Notes: generated by a model not told the origin, from the letters alone. Positions 23,943 through 36,539 are shown, counted from the stretch's first letter. The stretch is 64,000 nucleotides of DNA from Chiloscyllium plagiosum (GCF_004010195.1 NC_057711.1:80268528-80332527), one strand, 5' to 3'. Program-made: numbers and translations.

Positions 23943-26739
23943 TGTGGCCAAGTGATCGTGGGCCTAAAATTGGAAATTCTAAATTGACTCACAGAGAAAT
24001 TGACAGAAAATTGGCCAAAGTAAATGAAACATCAGCCAGCAGCTGTCAGATGCCCCCTACCCAAAGGCTATGTATTAGAGGAGTATTGCTCAGATGCTTT
24101 GGCATCTTGACTGCCTGATATGTGCACTTTACACCTTCCCAGCATGGCAACAGTGAAGGTGTTGTCTCAAGCCTATTGCATAACTTGAACGCAGCTTATG
24201 ACCTTATTGGTAAAAGGACATAGAACAATCTGGAAGGTCCAGAACAAGGGGAAAATTGAAGATTCAACTTGTAGGGAGAGAGAGAGAGAGAGAGAGACAG
24301 AAACAGACAGACAAATAGACAGACAAATAGACAGAGAGAGAAAACTCCCCTGACTTGGAAGTTCCACCTTTGTGGAAGAGAGCCAACCCTACATCGGAGA
24401 GGAGGAAATTCCAGCAGCCTGCTCAAACACAAAGGTCGTTGTGATAATATCCTTTCGCAGACTGATAGAGCTAGATAGTGAGTAAATATTGTAGGAATTC
24501 AGGAAATACTCAGTGTTTTTTTAATAAGGCATATTTTGCTAATAAGATTGAGTTGAACTGCTAACTGAATTATGTGTCTGTGTGTCTGCCTCACCAATAG
24601 GAGCACTTAGGTAAAGTGTTTTTATTACAAAAGTTAGACAAAGTGCACAAAGCACAGACAATATTGGTTTTCCTGCTTGGTTTTTGACTAGAAGTGTTTG
24701 TATAACATTCAAAGTCGAGCCCCACTAAACTTGAACTCCTAGATATCTAGCTTGAGCCTGATTTAAGAGGGCAGCTACCCCATATGACAGCAAGGTTTCA
24801 AGTGGGTGAAAGGAAGTGAAGGTTTCTGACCCAATCATTTTGTCATAAACCAAGCGATTGTAACGTGAGGAGGACAAACAGCCAGAGTTCAGAGGTAAGA
24901 TGTGGGTGCTATTGGGCGGGAATTCAGCAAGAGCTCAACCATGCTGCCATTTTACTCCTTTGGGTCAGGATAAATCCTAGTGGGAGACACAGAGAGAGCA
25001 GAATGAGTCAGAATTAATAGAGGTTTGGGACCCATGGAAAAGAATATGGGTGCTTTTCAGAAAAAAAAACACTGTTCAAAACTGTACTGTAGGGATCCAG
25101 AGCCTGAACACAAACATCACCAGGTTAGTGTATGGGGAAGGGGGAATCATACATCACAACTTCCCTAAAACCTTCACATGTAACATCCAAAACATTACCT
25201 TTTATATTAGGGCAAGCATTTCTTTGGCCTTATTGAGCTCATAGACTTGCACAGAAGGAGTGAGATCTTTGTCAATGTCAGTGATGGATTCAGGCAAACG
25301 TTAGGGGAATATTGGGAGAAGTACAACACTGGCATTGAAATCCCACATGGAAAATGAAAGCAGATTCGGATACAATTGGGAAATGCCCATAAGGTTTTTT
25401 GCTGCTGTCATTCAGCAGATAGAGCCAATTCAAAAGGGTATCAGGGATGAAAGTGACTAATTAGTTGAACGACCTTTGGAACTGGGACTCAAACGTGCAG
25501 ATACACCTGTGGGAATGTCTCCTATCACACCTGGCTGTTTACTCTGAAATACCTCACTGTCCTCATGGTTGAATTTGTTCACTGGAAGAAGGATATCAAC
25601 CAGAAACTAACTATAGATGCTATACTCCTATAGCAGGAGCCAAGAACATAACAAACTTGGCTTGCATTGCGAAGGGTCTATGTAAATTGCTGTGTGGTAT
25701 GAATTTACGCTATCAATTGCTGCTAATAGAGATGGAGGTTTGTGGCCAAACTTATGTGTTTTAATAGTGGCTAATTCTCAATTCATGTATTATCTTATTT
25801 GCGTATAGTACAGTTAATCTTATTAATGTGCACATGAAGACAGTTCATGTGTTGGCTATTATTGTCAATGTACAATAGCGAACCCAAATATTCAGGGACT
25901 TAGGCTATTCATCTGAGACTTGACACGTGCTTTCAGGAGAGTGCAGTCTAAGCCTCGATGCTTCACCAGATGCTTCAAGAGATCAACAGGAGGGACAGTG
26001 GTCAAGTAACCATGGGCCTAAACTTGGACATTCTAGATTTACCCACAGCAGGAAAAATGGAGTCAGACTGAAATTTGGCCAAACTCAATTAAACAGCAGC
26101 CAGCACCTATCGGCTACAATCAGCTAGAGAATTTTGTATTAGAGAAGTATTGATTAGACACTCTGGCATCTTGACTGCCTGAGTATGTGCACTTTAAACC
26201 TCCCAGCATGGTAAGAGTCCAGGGTGAATGTCACAACCCAATTGGATAATTTGAACCCAGCTTATGATTTCATTGGCCAAAGCACACAGAACAATGTGGA
26301 AGGTCTGGAGCAAGGGAGGATAAGAACATACACCTGGACACCACTCCCTCAGCAAAGACCTAGCCCAACAGCGGAGCTCCAACCACCAGGAGAGAGATAG
26401 GGAGTAAGAGAGAAGATCCTTCCTGACCTATGAGGCCCACCTCCATTGAAGAGAGCCAGAGCTGTGTCAGCCAGGAAGGAGATTCCAACAGCCCAACTCA
26501 AACACATGATCACTGTGGGTAATGTCTTTTCACAGACATATAGAGTTAGACAGAGAGTAAATATTGTGGAAGATGGGAAATGTTGACATGGTGTTTTTAA
26601 TACAGAATACTTTGTTCATAAAATCGAGTTGAACTGCAAATTGAATTCAATGTTTCATTGTCTGACTTACTGACAAGATTATTTGGGAAAAGAGTTTTTG
26701 ATAAATAAACTGGTCAAAGCATTTAAAACACAGACAACA
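23943..26739 (+). mobile_element. Internally deleted ERV-like LTR element with two diverged LTRs
   Basis: LTR1 23943-24663 and LTR2 ~25997-26739 share blocks such as ggcatcttgactgcctga..tgtgcacttt and gagtaaatattgt; PBS-like ttggttttcc after LTR1; purine tract aggaggga before LTR2. Confidence 0.7.
24274..24341 (+). repeat. (GA)n/(GACA)n microsatellite inside LTR1
   Basis: gagagagaga...acagacagacaaatagacagac. Confidence 0.9.
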
Positions 26740-26989
26740 AATGTAACTGTTGACTAATTTGATTTTAGACAAAATCAGCAGTCATCTGGGCACAGAAATA
26801 TCTCACAGGTAATTATGAAAGAAAGGATTAGCTTTTGCTATTGTTAATTGAAGGAAAATGTCAGCCAGAAAAATGGCATGCATCTTTCTGAAGTGGCCAA
26901 AGAATTTGTAAATTATCTGCAGTTATTAGAATGGGAGGATTTGAGTGTTAGCGGGCCAGAATTTTGTGAAGTTGGATTGACTCAACACC

Positions 26990-27620
26990 CCTTCAAAAAA
27001 GACTCTGAGCTTCCAGTTGCCTCCCAGTTTAACACACCACCCAGTTCCCTGGCTAACATCTCTGTCTCAGACTTGCTGCAGTGTTTGAAAGGAGTTCAAC
27101 ACAAACAGGAAGAACAACGCCTCATTTCCCATTTGGGGACTCTGCAGCCCTCCAGACTCAATGTCAAGCAATTTTAGGACCTGAACACTCCACTGTCCTA
27201 GCCCCCTACCCTACACACCAGGTCTTATTATCACATCGTCTGCCATTACACACTACCTATTGTTAGCCACCAACAAGGTGTGTGTGGTGTGTGGATTGAC
27301 TGTTGGGCCCTTTTTCTAACATAAAAGTGGGCCTTTTGAATACCTCTGAAGCTGATGACCCATTAACAGCAATCTTGTCTCCTAACCAGATCTTTATCCA
27401 CTCCTTTGTTTGTCCAACTGTTCTTCTCTCTGTTTGGACTCTATCCCTACCTATTGTTTACTCCTTATCTACTCCATGTACCCTGCCTTCTACATGTAAG
27501 CATTTTCCTAGCTACCATCGGTTCTGAGGAAGGGTTACCGGACCTGAAATGTTAATTCTGATTTCTCTGCACAAATGTTGCCAGACCTACTGAGCTTTTC
27601 CAGAACTTCCCATTTATGTT
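26990..27620 (+). mobile_element. Penelope-like element, GIY-YIG C-terminus and 3' UTR
   Basis: LPVASQFN...HKQEEQRLISHLGTLQPSRLN (ORF 26848-27177), followed by the family 3' end. Confidence 0.8.
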
Positions 27621-27654
27621 AACAAAAAAGAGTATTCACTAAAAGACAATAAAA

Positions 27655-28345
27655 ATTGGATGTAGGTTTGCTCGCTGAGCTGAAAGGTTCATTTCCAGAC
27701 ATTTCATGCTCGCTGAGCTGAAAGGTTCATTTCCAGACATTTCATTACCTTACTAGGTAACATCTTCAGTGGGCTTTATGCAAAGCAATGCTGAAACTTC
27801 CTGCTTTCTATTTATATGTTTGGGTTAGTGATGTCATTTCCTTTGGTGATGTTATTGCCTGTGGTGAAGTCACTTCCTGTTCCTTTTCTCAGGGGCTGGT
27901 AGATGGGGTCTAACTTGATGTGTTTGTTGCTAGAGTTCTGGTTGGAATGCCATGCTTCTAGGAATTCTCGTGCATGTCTTTGTTTGGCTTGTCCTAGGAT
28001 GGATGCATTGACCCAGTCAACGTGGTGTCCTTCCTCATCTCTGTCTCAGACTTGATGCAGTGTTCGAAAGGAGTTCAGCACAAACTGGAAGAACAACGCC
28101 TCATTTCCCATTCGGGGACTCTGCAGCCCTCCCGACTCAATATCAAGCAATTTTAGGACCTGAACACTCCACTGTCCTAGCCCCCTACCCTACACACCAG
28201 TGAGAAAGGATCATGTCTTTTTGTGGCTAGTTGGTGTTCATGTATCCTGGGTGGCTAGTTTTCTGCCTGTTTGTCCAAACAAAACTAACATCATTTACAA
28301 AATACTGTGCAAGGACTGTAACAAACAATACATTGGACGAACATA
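27655..28345 (-). mobile_element. Penelope-like element (family C), GIY-YIG region, partly inverted
   Basis: Minus strand encodes ILGQAKQRHAREFLEAWHS; the plus-strand part at ~28280 encodes NIIYKILCKDCNKQYIG. Confidence 0.75.
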
Positions 28346-28690
28346 TTGTCTAGCTATCACTCATTGTTACAGCTAACCTGAAAATGCAACTTTTAAAAAA
28401 ACGTTTTGTGATTTACACAAGAAAGAAGTGAAACTATCATAGTATTCAAACAGATGAAAGACTCAACAGACAATCAAGGTACTTTTCAATGTATAATTTC
28501 AGTTACACCACACTGTAAATTTTTGCTATAAATTCTGTGTCTTAGGATTGAGTCCTCAACTATCACCTGATGAAGGAGCGACACTCCGAAAGCTAGTGTG
28601 CTTCTAAATAAACCTGTTAGACTATAATGTGGAGTTGTGTGATTTTTAACTTTGTACACCCCAGTCCAACACCGGTATCTCCAAATCGTA
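28345..28690 (+). mobile_element. Penelope-like element 3' end (family B)
   Basis: cacctgatgaaggagcgacactccgaaagctagtg...aataaacctgttagactataa...gtgtgatttttaactttgtacaccccagtccaacacc. Confidence 0.75.
28564..28598 (+). ncRNA. Minimal type I hammerhead ribozyme motif (family B)
   Basis: CAC-CUGAUGA-A-GGAG(CGACA)CUCC-GAAA-GC-UA-GUG: core boxes, stem II, palindromic stem III and 3-bp stem I are all present. Confidence 0.7.
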
Positions 28691-31600
28691 ATGAAGCACT
28701 AGTCTGGAGCAAGCAAACCTGAGGCAGGTACTTAAAGCCAAGAATTCTTCCAATTCAAGAATGAAAATCCAAATCGATGTCTTAATGAGGTAACACTATC
28801 TCAAACAAAATGTAACATTTCTTCAATCCTGAATTGGAATGTGTTTCAGATTAAAGGGTCACATCCTCTGACTCAGTTGTACAACCACCACCAGCTGAAC
28901 CAAACTATCACAGCCATAGTATAGCTACTATTTCAGTATCTGCACATTTTGCCAGCTCTTGTAAAACATTCCCTTGATAGAATTAGAAATGGAACAGGGA
29001 GCTCACTTGATTCCTGCCCATCATTTGGTTTCCACCCCCACCGAAGATTAGTTGTTTATTCATCTTGCTGTTTGTTGGATTTTGTTACTTGCAACTTAAT
29101 ACCTGAGTTTAACCACCTCAGATTCAACGATTTGCATGTAAATTGAGTTGACAAACTATTAACAGACATGATAAAATGCTATACAATAGTAAGTTTTTAT
29201 TTCTGTGTTTGAAGAGATAGCTTTGAAGTAACAGCCTTCTATATATCTAAAGTCATCGATATAATCCCTTATTTTAATAGTGCATTTGAAAATACAAATA
29301 ACCGAATGCTCACAAAAAGGTATCACAATGATAAAAAAGAACAATACATTGCCCTTAACCTCCAACTTAACTTTCCAGTATTGAAATTCAATACCCATAT
29401 TACTCATTTAAACTATGACTCAGAAGGAGAGCAATTTTTACAGTCACTTTTTTATGAAATTGTGCCTCCATCTTTTAGTATGAAGTTAAATTGTTAATGG
29501 ACAACATATGCCTGGATCAATCACACCATTGGTAGAAACATTCAATGAGATTCAAAGTAGACAGCACTCGTGCAGAATAAAATTGAAGTGCATGCCCATT
29601 GTTAAACCTATGAGCAACATTTAAACTCTGACAGAATGTAAACAGATTAACATTAATGACTTCAGTTGAAAGGTTTCAATTTAAAGCACAAATACAATTT
29701 GGTTCACAAATATTCCAATTGTTGTTTCTCTAGTAAAGATTAAGTGTTTATGATTAGCAGTTTGGTTGATCATCACACTCTGGGAGACAGAACTAAACGG
29801 CACACTTCATTGAACTTCATCTTCCAGGTTTCATGCTTATGAGGGTGTTCTTCTTGATTGCTTTTCATCTTGGCTATAAGTTGGAAGGCTGACATTGATT
29901 AAGTGGAAGAGACCAAAGTTTCATTGCGGCAGCTGCTAAGCTTCACTCACTTTGTCAACAAATCAATGCATTTTTTTCTCCCTAACACCCCAGCGCGCCT
30001 CCTGCTGTCATTGTGCAGAGAGATTAGAATCCATTGTCATATTGCAATTGACCGTTTCCTGCATTCTCAACCATGCAAAGTGCTTTGTATGGTTTCATGG
30101 CAATTATGACATTGTAAGGCAGTTGGCACAATCACAGGCAGCTTTTCTGTGAGATATATTGGGGCTTTGCACTTTTAACGCTTCAGTTCACAGAATCAGT
30201 AATTGGGAAGCTATAAGAAGAAATATGGTTCTATTTAAATGTTTAACATATGGCTTTTTTATTTACATGTGAATGCATCTGTCATACTCTTATTAACACA
30301 AAACCATTTTTGTGTATACTAGATGTCATAAGAACAGAATGCATCTGGCAACAGCTATAACAAGAACAAGTCTCTCAATAAATTGACTCTAATGGTTTCT
30401 GTGATCAGAAAGACTTGCAAAGTTTCCAGCAGGATACCAACAGCCAAAAGAACTTCAATTAAGTCATTATACTTGCACCAGCAAAAAAATCATCATGGAA
30501 ACACATAAAATATTATCACATTTAATTGGATTTTATTAAAGCTAGCTTGTGCTAGTCAACATTTTTCAGCAGACTTTGCTCTATCATTAACCAACAAAAT
30601 AAAAAGGTTTAACAATTCTTGCAAGGGAGCAGTTTCATTTTGAAAGATGGCAGGCAATACATGTTCACTCTTTAGGATGAAGTAGTGTTAGATAGCCAAG
30701 AGACATCTGACTATTCTCCTTACATCAATGTTTTCTTGGATTCATAGCACTAAAATACCCGACAAAACGTAACAGTTTTTCAATTCTTCAATTGTTTATA
30801 AAATAAATTACTGAGATCTGATTATTCAGTGGGAAGACCATCACAGCTGACCTTTCAAAATAAATATGGCAAGATTCATGCCTCTTCTTTTGTGGTTCTT
30901 TCGATGTGATCTTACCATGTATAATTGTTTTATGCAAAAGATATAAAAGATATGTGTTTCCAGAAAATTTATTGCATATTGTCAATTATGGCCAGAGATA
31001 TAAGCATAAGATTATTATTACCAGGTCAACACATGGAAATGGTATATGTCTGTTACGTCTAACTGAAAAATGGAGGAAAAGCTGCTTATAGCAATTGTGG
31101 CTTTGCAATGGCAGAATAAGTAGTATTCATGAGAGTTGGTAGAGAAAGGTATACTTTTTTTCTGGTGAATTAGTTTGAATGTTAAAAAAATCCTTGTTGT
31201 ACTCCTAAGCCACTGACTACTGCCTAATATTAGATGGCTTTCAAAGTAATTTTGTTAAATAAAGCTCAGTTTACCTGCATGAAAGGAACCTACTTGCAAT
31301 ATAAGTCTCACTACTATGAGAGGTTCATTGGTCCCAGGAGGGAAACTATTTGATACTATGTAGCAGATTTCATCTGCATTTCAGAGCAACAAGCCAAACA
31401 AAAAGAAAATCCTTTTGCATTTTTCCAACCTTCTTATTCTAGATGACTTCTATTCTCATAATTTAGATGAGTCTCACAAACTTATCGCATATTTTTCCTT
31501 GTTGACAATGCCCCTTGTTATTTTAAAGTGTGATAATACACCTGAGAAAGTGAACAGCAAGCCTCTTCAAATAATTGCCTTTTGCACCTGCACGTAGCCA

Positions 31601-31750
31601 ATGCCACTGTCAGGTTATACATTGACACTGATGGCGTAAACTTCACTTCACCACTAACCTTCGCTATTCTGACTAGTGCAGTATAGTGAAGGAACCATTT
31701 TCATCTCGGGGAACTCTCTAACCATGCACAAGACAACCTAGATATAGTGG

Positions 31751-31937
31751 GTAGGTGAATTGGCCATGCTAAATTGCCTATAGTGTTTACGGATGTGTAG
31801 GTTAGGTGCATTAGTCAGGGGAAATGTAACTTAATAGGTTAGGGGAATGGATCTGGGTGGGATACTCTTCGGAGGGTCGGTGTGAACTTGTTGGGCCAAA
31901 TGGCCTGTTTCCACACTGTAGGGATTCTACGATTCTA
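31751..31937 (+). mobile_element. HE1-like SINE 3' half
   Basis: aggtgaattggccatgctaaattgcc...ggcctgtttccacactgtagggattcta. Confidence 0.85.
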
Positions 31938-32363
31938 CCAACGTCACTTGCATACAAGCATATATATTATACAGAAAAACAACAATGAACAACATACTAA
32001 ATATCACAACAGTGCATATTGAGCCTGAACATCATCTCCAGAATGAAGAAACAAACATTTTAAATCACACCCCTGTGTAATAATTACAAGACCTCATTGA
32101 GTCAGCAGATGACTAGTATGCTTCTGAAACTATAGGCAATGCCTCAAAAAACAGTAGTATTCCAAATATTTTTGTTGTGAGTTAGATGTTCAACATTAAA
32201 TAGTGTTATATTTGTCAATTGTTGTAATTTATACAAGTTACTTGTTTGCGTACATATTCATGTTCGAGAGAAAGTGAGGTCTGCAGATGCTAGAGATCAG
32301 AGCTGAAAATGTGTTGCTGGAAAAGCGCAGCAGGTCAGGCAGCATCCAAGGAACAGGAGAATC

Positions 32364-32391
32364 GACGTTTCGGGCATAAGCCCTTCTTCAG
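32364..32391 (-). ncRNA. Minimal hammerhead ribozyme motif (family A)
   Basis: Minus strand reads CUGAAGA-A-GGGC(UUAU)GCCC-GAAAC-GUC. Confidence 0.7.
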
Positions 32392-32733
32392 GAATGAGGA
32401 AAGTGTGTCGAGCAGGCTAAGATAGGGAGGAGGGACTTGCGATAGGTGGAGGGAGGTCAAGGTGAGGGTGATAGGCCGGAGTGGGGGTGGGGGCGGAGAG
32501 GTCAGGAAGATGATTGCAGGTTAGGAAGGCGGTGCTGAGTTCGATGGATTTTGACTGAGACAAGGTGGTGAGCCCTGCCCCTCCAACCGCCACCAAGACA
32601 GAACCCCACTGGTCCTCACCTACCACCCCACCAACCTCCATGTACAACATATCATCCGCCATCATTTCTGCCACCTCCAAACGGACCCCACCACGAAGGA
32701 TATATTTCCCTCCCCTCCCCTATCAGCGTTCCG

Positions 32734-33080
32734 NNNNNNNNNNNNNNNNNNNNNNNNNNNNNNNNNNNNNNNNNNNNNNNNNNNNNNNNNNNNNNNNNNN
32801 NNNNNNNNNNNNNNNNNNNNNNNNNNNNNNNNNNNNNNNNNNNNNNNNNNNNNNNNNNNNNNNNNNNNNNNNNNNNNNNNNNNNNNNNNNNNNNNNNNNN
32901 NNNNNNNNNNNNNNNNNNNNNNNNNNNNNNNNNNNNNNNNNNNNNNNNNNNNNNNNNNNNNNNNNNNNNNNNNNNNNNNNNNNNNNNNNNNNNNNNNNNN
33001 NNNNNNNNNNNNNNNNNNNNNNNNNNNNNNNNNNNNNNNNNNNNNNNNNNNNNNNNNNNNNNNNNNNNNNNNNNNNNNNN
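32734..33080. other. Assembly gap (347 N)
   Basis: Run of n. Confidence 1.
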
Positions 33081-33225
33081 TCTTCCTGACCTCTCCGCCC
33101 CCACCCCACTCCAGCCTATCACCCTCACCTTGGCCTCCTTCCACCTATCGCATTACCAAAGCCCCTCCCCCAAGTCCCTCCTCCCTACCTTTTATCTTAG
33201 CCTGCTGGACACACTTTCCTCATTC

Positions 33226-33253
33226 CTGAAGAAGGGCTTATGCCCGAAACGTC
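33226..33253 (+). ncRNA. Minimal hammerhead ribozyme motif (family A)
   Basis: CUGAAGA-A-GGGC(UUAU)GCCC-GAAAC-GUC. Confidence 0.7.
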
Positions 33254-34619
33254 GATTCTCCTGTTCCTTGGATGCTGCCTGACCTGCTGCGCTTTTCCAG
33301 CAACACATTTTCAGCTACATATTCATGTTAGACTGTTTTGGCTCTGATCATCTGATAGTGTGCATGAAAAAGCCTGCATTAAAGATCTGTGTTCCTTACG
33401 ACAATATTCAGCTTCATTTTTATTAGATGAGAAAGAGGTAATACAAATTCACTGTCTCTGATTTGTCCTGCTGCTTGTGACATGCAGTTCTGCACAAACA
33501 GAAGTTTCCTCCAACCGTATGAGAAGCCAACCAAACCAATTAATTCAGTTCTTTGCCATAGACACTGTTTTCTTGCCACTTTTATCATCCTTCTCTCTGG
33601 TCACTGAGGTTCAATCAGACATTCATAACTTCAGTGTTCCATCTGTTTCTCATATGATCTTTTCTGTACGAATCCATCATCAAAGCCATTGCATTTCAAT
33701 CTCCATAATACAATCCATGTTAGACGCTTGTTCAGCTCATTTGCTGCTGAAAACGTTCTCTTGTTATGATTCTAACTGATAGTATTTTGGGAAAACACAA
33801 ATCCCAGAGTGAAACCTGGCTTGATGGACCATAAATGTTATCTTTTCTTTTGGATTACCATGGAGATCATGGAACATATTCACAAGAGGCTGTCAAAATA
33901 CTTGTTAACAAAAGAAACCTACAAGTTTATTACACAAAAGAGAACACAAACTATATTGCATTTTACCAGAACTATTGGAATGGCACATTGCAGATATCAG
34001 AAAGAAAAATTCATTCCTTTTACCCCAACAATAACCTTACAAACATTCAAACATTTCTGAAGAGACTATCTCCACACTAAAGCTTCTTGTTAAATGTTCA
34101 TGACTGTAATCAATTTTCCTTTGGCAGATGTCTGTGCTTTCATTCATTGCTTTTTTTTATTTATGTCATCCCTGAATCAAACTGCAAACTCAGATCACTT
34201 ATTGCTTAACATAAGTTTCCTAAACCCATATCTTCAACAGACTTGTAGGAATACTGCATAGAGACAGCTACTAACAGCACCTCTGCTGTTATTAAATTAG
34301 CTTGTTTCTGGTTCTCCTCCCCCACCCACTCCCTCTGTCTGGGTTGTAAAAATAAAATCAGAAAATAGCTTGACAATGATTTCGTCAGGTGACTTGTTCG
34401 TCATTTGGATAAAGTCACATGAGTTCTGGGAAATTTTGTTCTGCTCTCATTGTTCAAAATGACTTTCTGACACTTTTTAATAAATGTCTGACCTTCACAG
34501 GACTGTAAACTATAATCAATCTTTTTTCCACTTTATAACAAAAGTTTCCAAGTAATAATCTCAATAATAATAATAATCATAATATACGATGAATCTTCAC
34601 CACAGTCTCCAGAATTGGT

Positions 34620-35155
34620 TATTCCAATGCTCTCTTGGCTGATCTCCCATCTTTCACGTGACATAAACTTGAATTCATCAAGGTTTCTGCTGCCTGGATT
34701 CTAACTCACAGCAAAACTCATCCATCCATTCCCTCTGTGCTCTCTAACTTACATTAATCCCAGTGCAGAAATGCCTAGATTTTAACATACTCATCTTTGT
34801 TTTCAAATTCCCCCTTCTTTCCATTCCTCTGCAACCTCCAGCAACCCTACATTTCTCTAACTTCCCAATGCTCTTTCAATTCTAACCTCTTATGCATCCC
34901 TGATCTTAATTGTGCTGCTGGTATTCAGCTATTTGGGCCTAAGCTGTGCTAGTGCCTTTCTAAACTCACCTAACTCTACATTTCTTTCTTCCATTAAGAT
35001 GGGCCTTAAGCCTAATTCTCTGACTGAGATTTTGTTCGCCTGCCCTAATGTCTCACATGACTTACGAGCAAATTATGCCTGGTAATAAGATTGTGTAATG
35101 TCTTTCAGCATTTCATTATATTAAGGGGACACTATAAATGAAAGTTGTTATTATT
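34620..35155 (+). mobile_element. L2-type LINE 3' end, degenerate
   Basis: tattccaatgctctcttggctg (YSNALLA), tttaacatactcatctttgttttcaaa, and terminal ggacactataaatgaaagttgttattatt. Confidence 0.65.
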
Positions 35156-35894
35156 ATGCTTTCAAAGATCACCTTCAGTTTTATCAAAATGTTCAAGTGA
35201 ATAAAACGAAGAAAGAAAACTAAAATAGCAAAACGATATGGGTTCCTTTTGGAAACTTCTCACTAATGGTCTATTTAATGGTCATGTGTAAGCTGCTCAC
35301 TAGTTGATACAAAAATGGCTGAATGTGTGCAAGGTGTCAGAAGAAAAGCAGTATCAAAAACAATGTGAGAAAATTAAAGTCATGCACAGGAACTGACATA
35401 CCGATTTGCACAGATAGCCTCAAATGCCAAGCTTAGTTATAGATGTCAGTTAAACTTGCTTGAGTATGTCAATATACTTAGTCCGAATTGATCCAATATA
35501 ACTTTTCTTGATTGCAACACAAGGAAAGTGCGAAAGATTCTTGAAAACAAGTAGATGTAAAATACAATCTCCTGGAAAGAGACAGCTGAGATGATTGATG
35601 TCTCACTATCATTATTCATACCTACAGTTGACAATGTGATGTACTCATTCTGCTCTCAAACATTCCTTAGACATTCTTTATAGGTAAAATACTTTACAAT
35701 AAGCTATCCACAAGGGCAATATGCTCTAAGGTATCTTGAGTGCATTACTTAAACATCCATTTATTCAGTATAAATGTTTCCATTTACAAAAACTCAGCAT
35801 AAAACAGAAAGTATTGTAAAGAGACAGGCAATGGATGAACTCCTCACCCATTCTCAAATCATATGAGAGGCAGTATAAGCCATGAATACTTATA

Positions 35895-36430
35895 TATGAA
35901 TTAGAAGCAGGAGGAGGCCATTCAGCCCTTTGAGAGCCTCCTCCAGCATTCAATAATACCATGACTGCTCTGATTGTGGTCTCAACTCCACAATTCTGTT
36001 TAGCCACGAAAATCATTGACTCCCTTTTTCATCACGAATCTCTTTACTTTTACCTCGAAGGTATTCAACAATCCGACTTCTACCAGGCTATTTTAAGCAG
36101 GCAGCCCCAGATTTGTTTCAACAGTGACTCTTAAATTCTTCCATAAGATGAAATATCTTCACTACATTTACCCTGTGAAGATCCTCTGGAGCTTATGTGT
36201 TTCAATTATATCACCCCTTAAATTTCTAAACTCCAGCAAGGTACAAGCCTCACTTCTTCAACCTCCTCTCATAAGACAACTCAATTATTCCTGGTACTTA
36301 GTTTGTTAAACTTTCTCTGAATTGCTTCCAATGCATTTAACTTCCTCCTTAAATAAGGAGGCCTTTGCTATCAAGAGTAATCCAAATGTGGTCTCACCAG
36401 TAGCCTACATAAGCAGCATAATGTCCTTAG
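35895..36430 (-). mobile_element. CR1 LINE 3' part
   Basis: gaagcaggaggaggccattcagccc...ccagcattcaata...gcttccaatgcattt. Confidence 0.7.
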
Positions 36431-36539
36431 TTTTGAATTTTGCAAGGTGGGGAAACTGTGCTTACTTGCAAAGGCAATCTCTTGGTCATTGTGTCGTGTG
36501 GCACTGCCATTAAGCTAAATGGGATGGATGCTGAACAAT

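Larger units (their letters stand above)
32265..33315. mobile_element. Young Penelope-like insertion (family A) with inverted ends, spanning the gap
   Basis: Perfect 14-bp TSD tacatattcatgtt (32251-32264, 33316-33329); near-identical inverted terminal segments. Confidence 0.85.

Noticed and set aside
32565..33144. Long ORFs of 128-174 aa
   Set aside because: Artefacts of translating through the N gap.
35446..35600. Possible minus-strand coding exon after a tctttccag acceptor
   Set aside because: No recognisable protein in any frame and only a weak donor.
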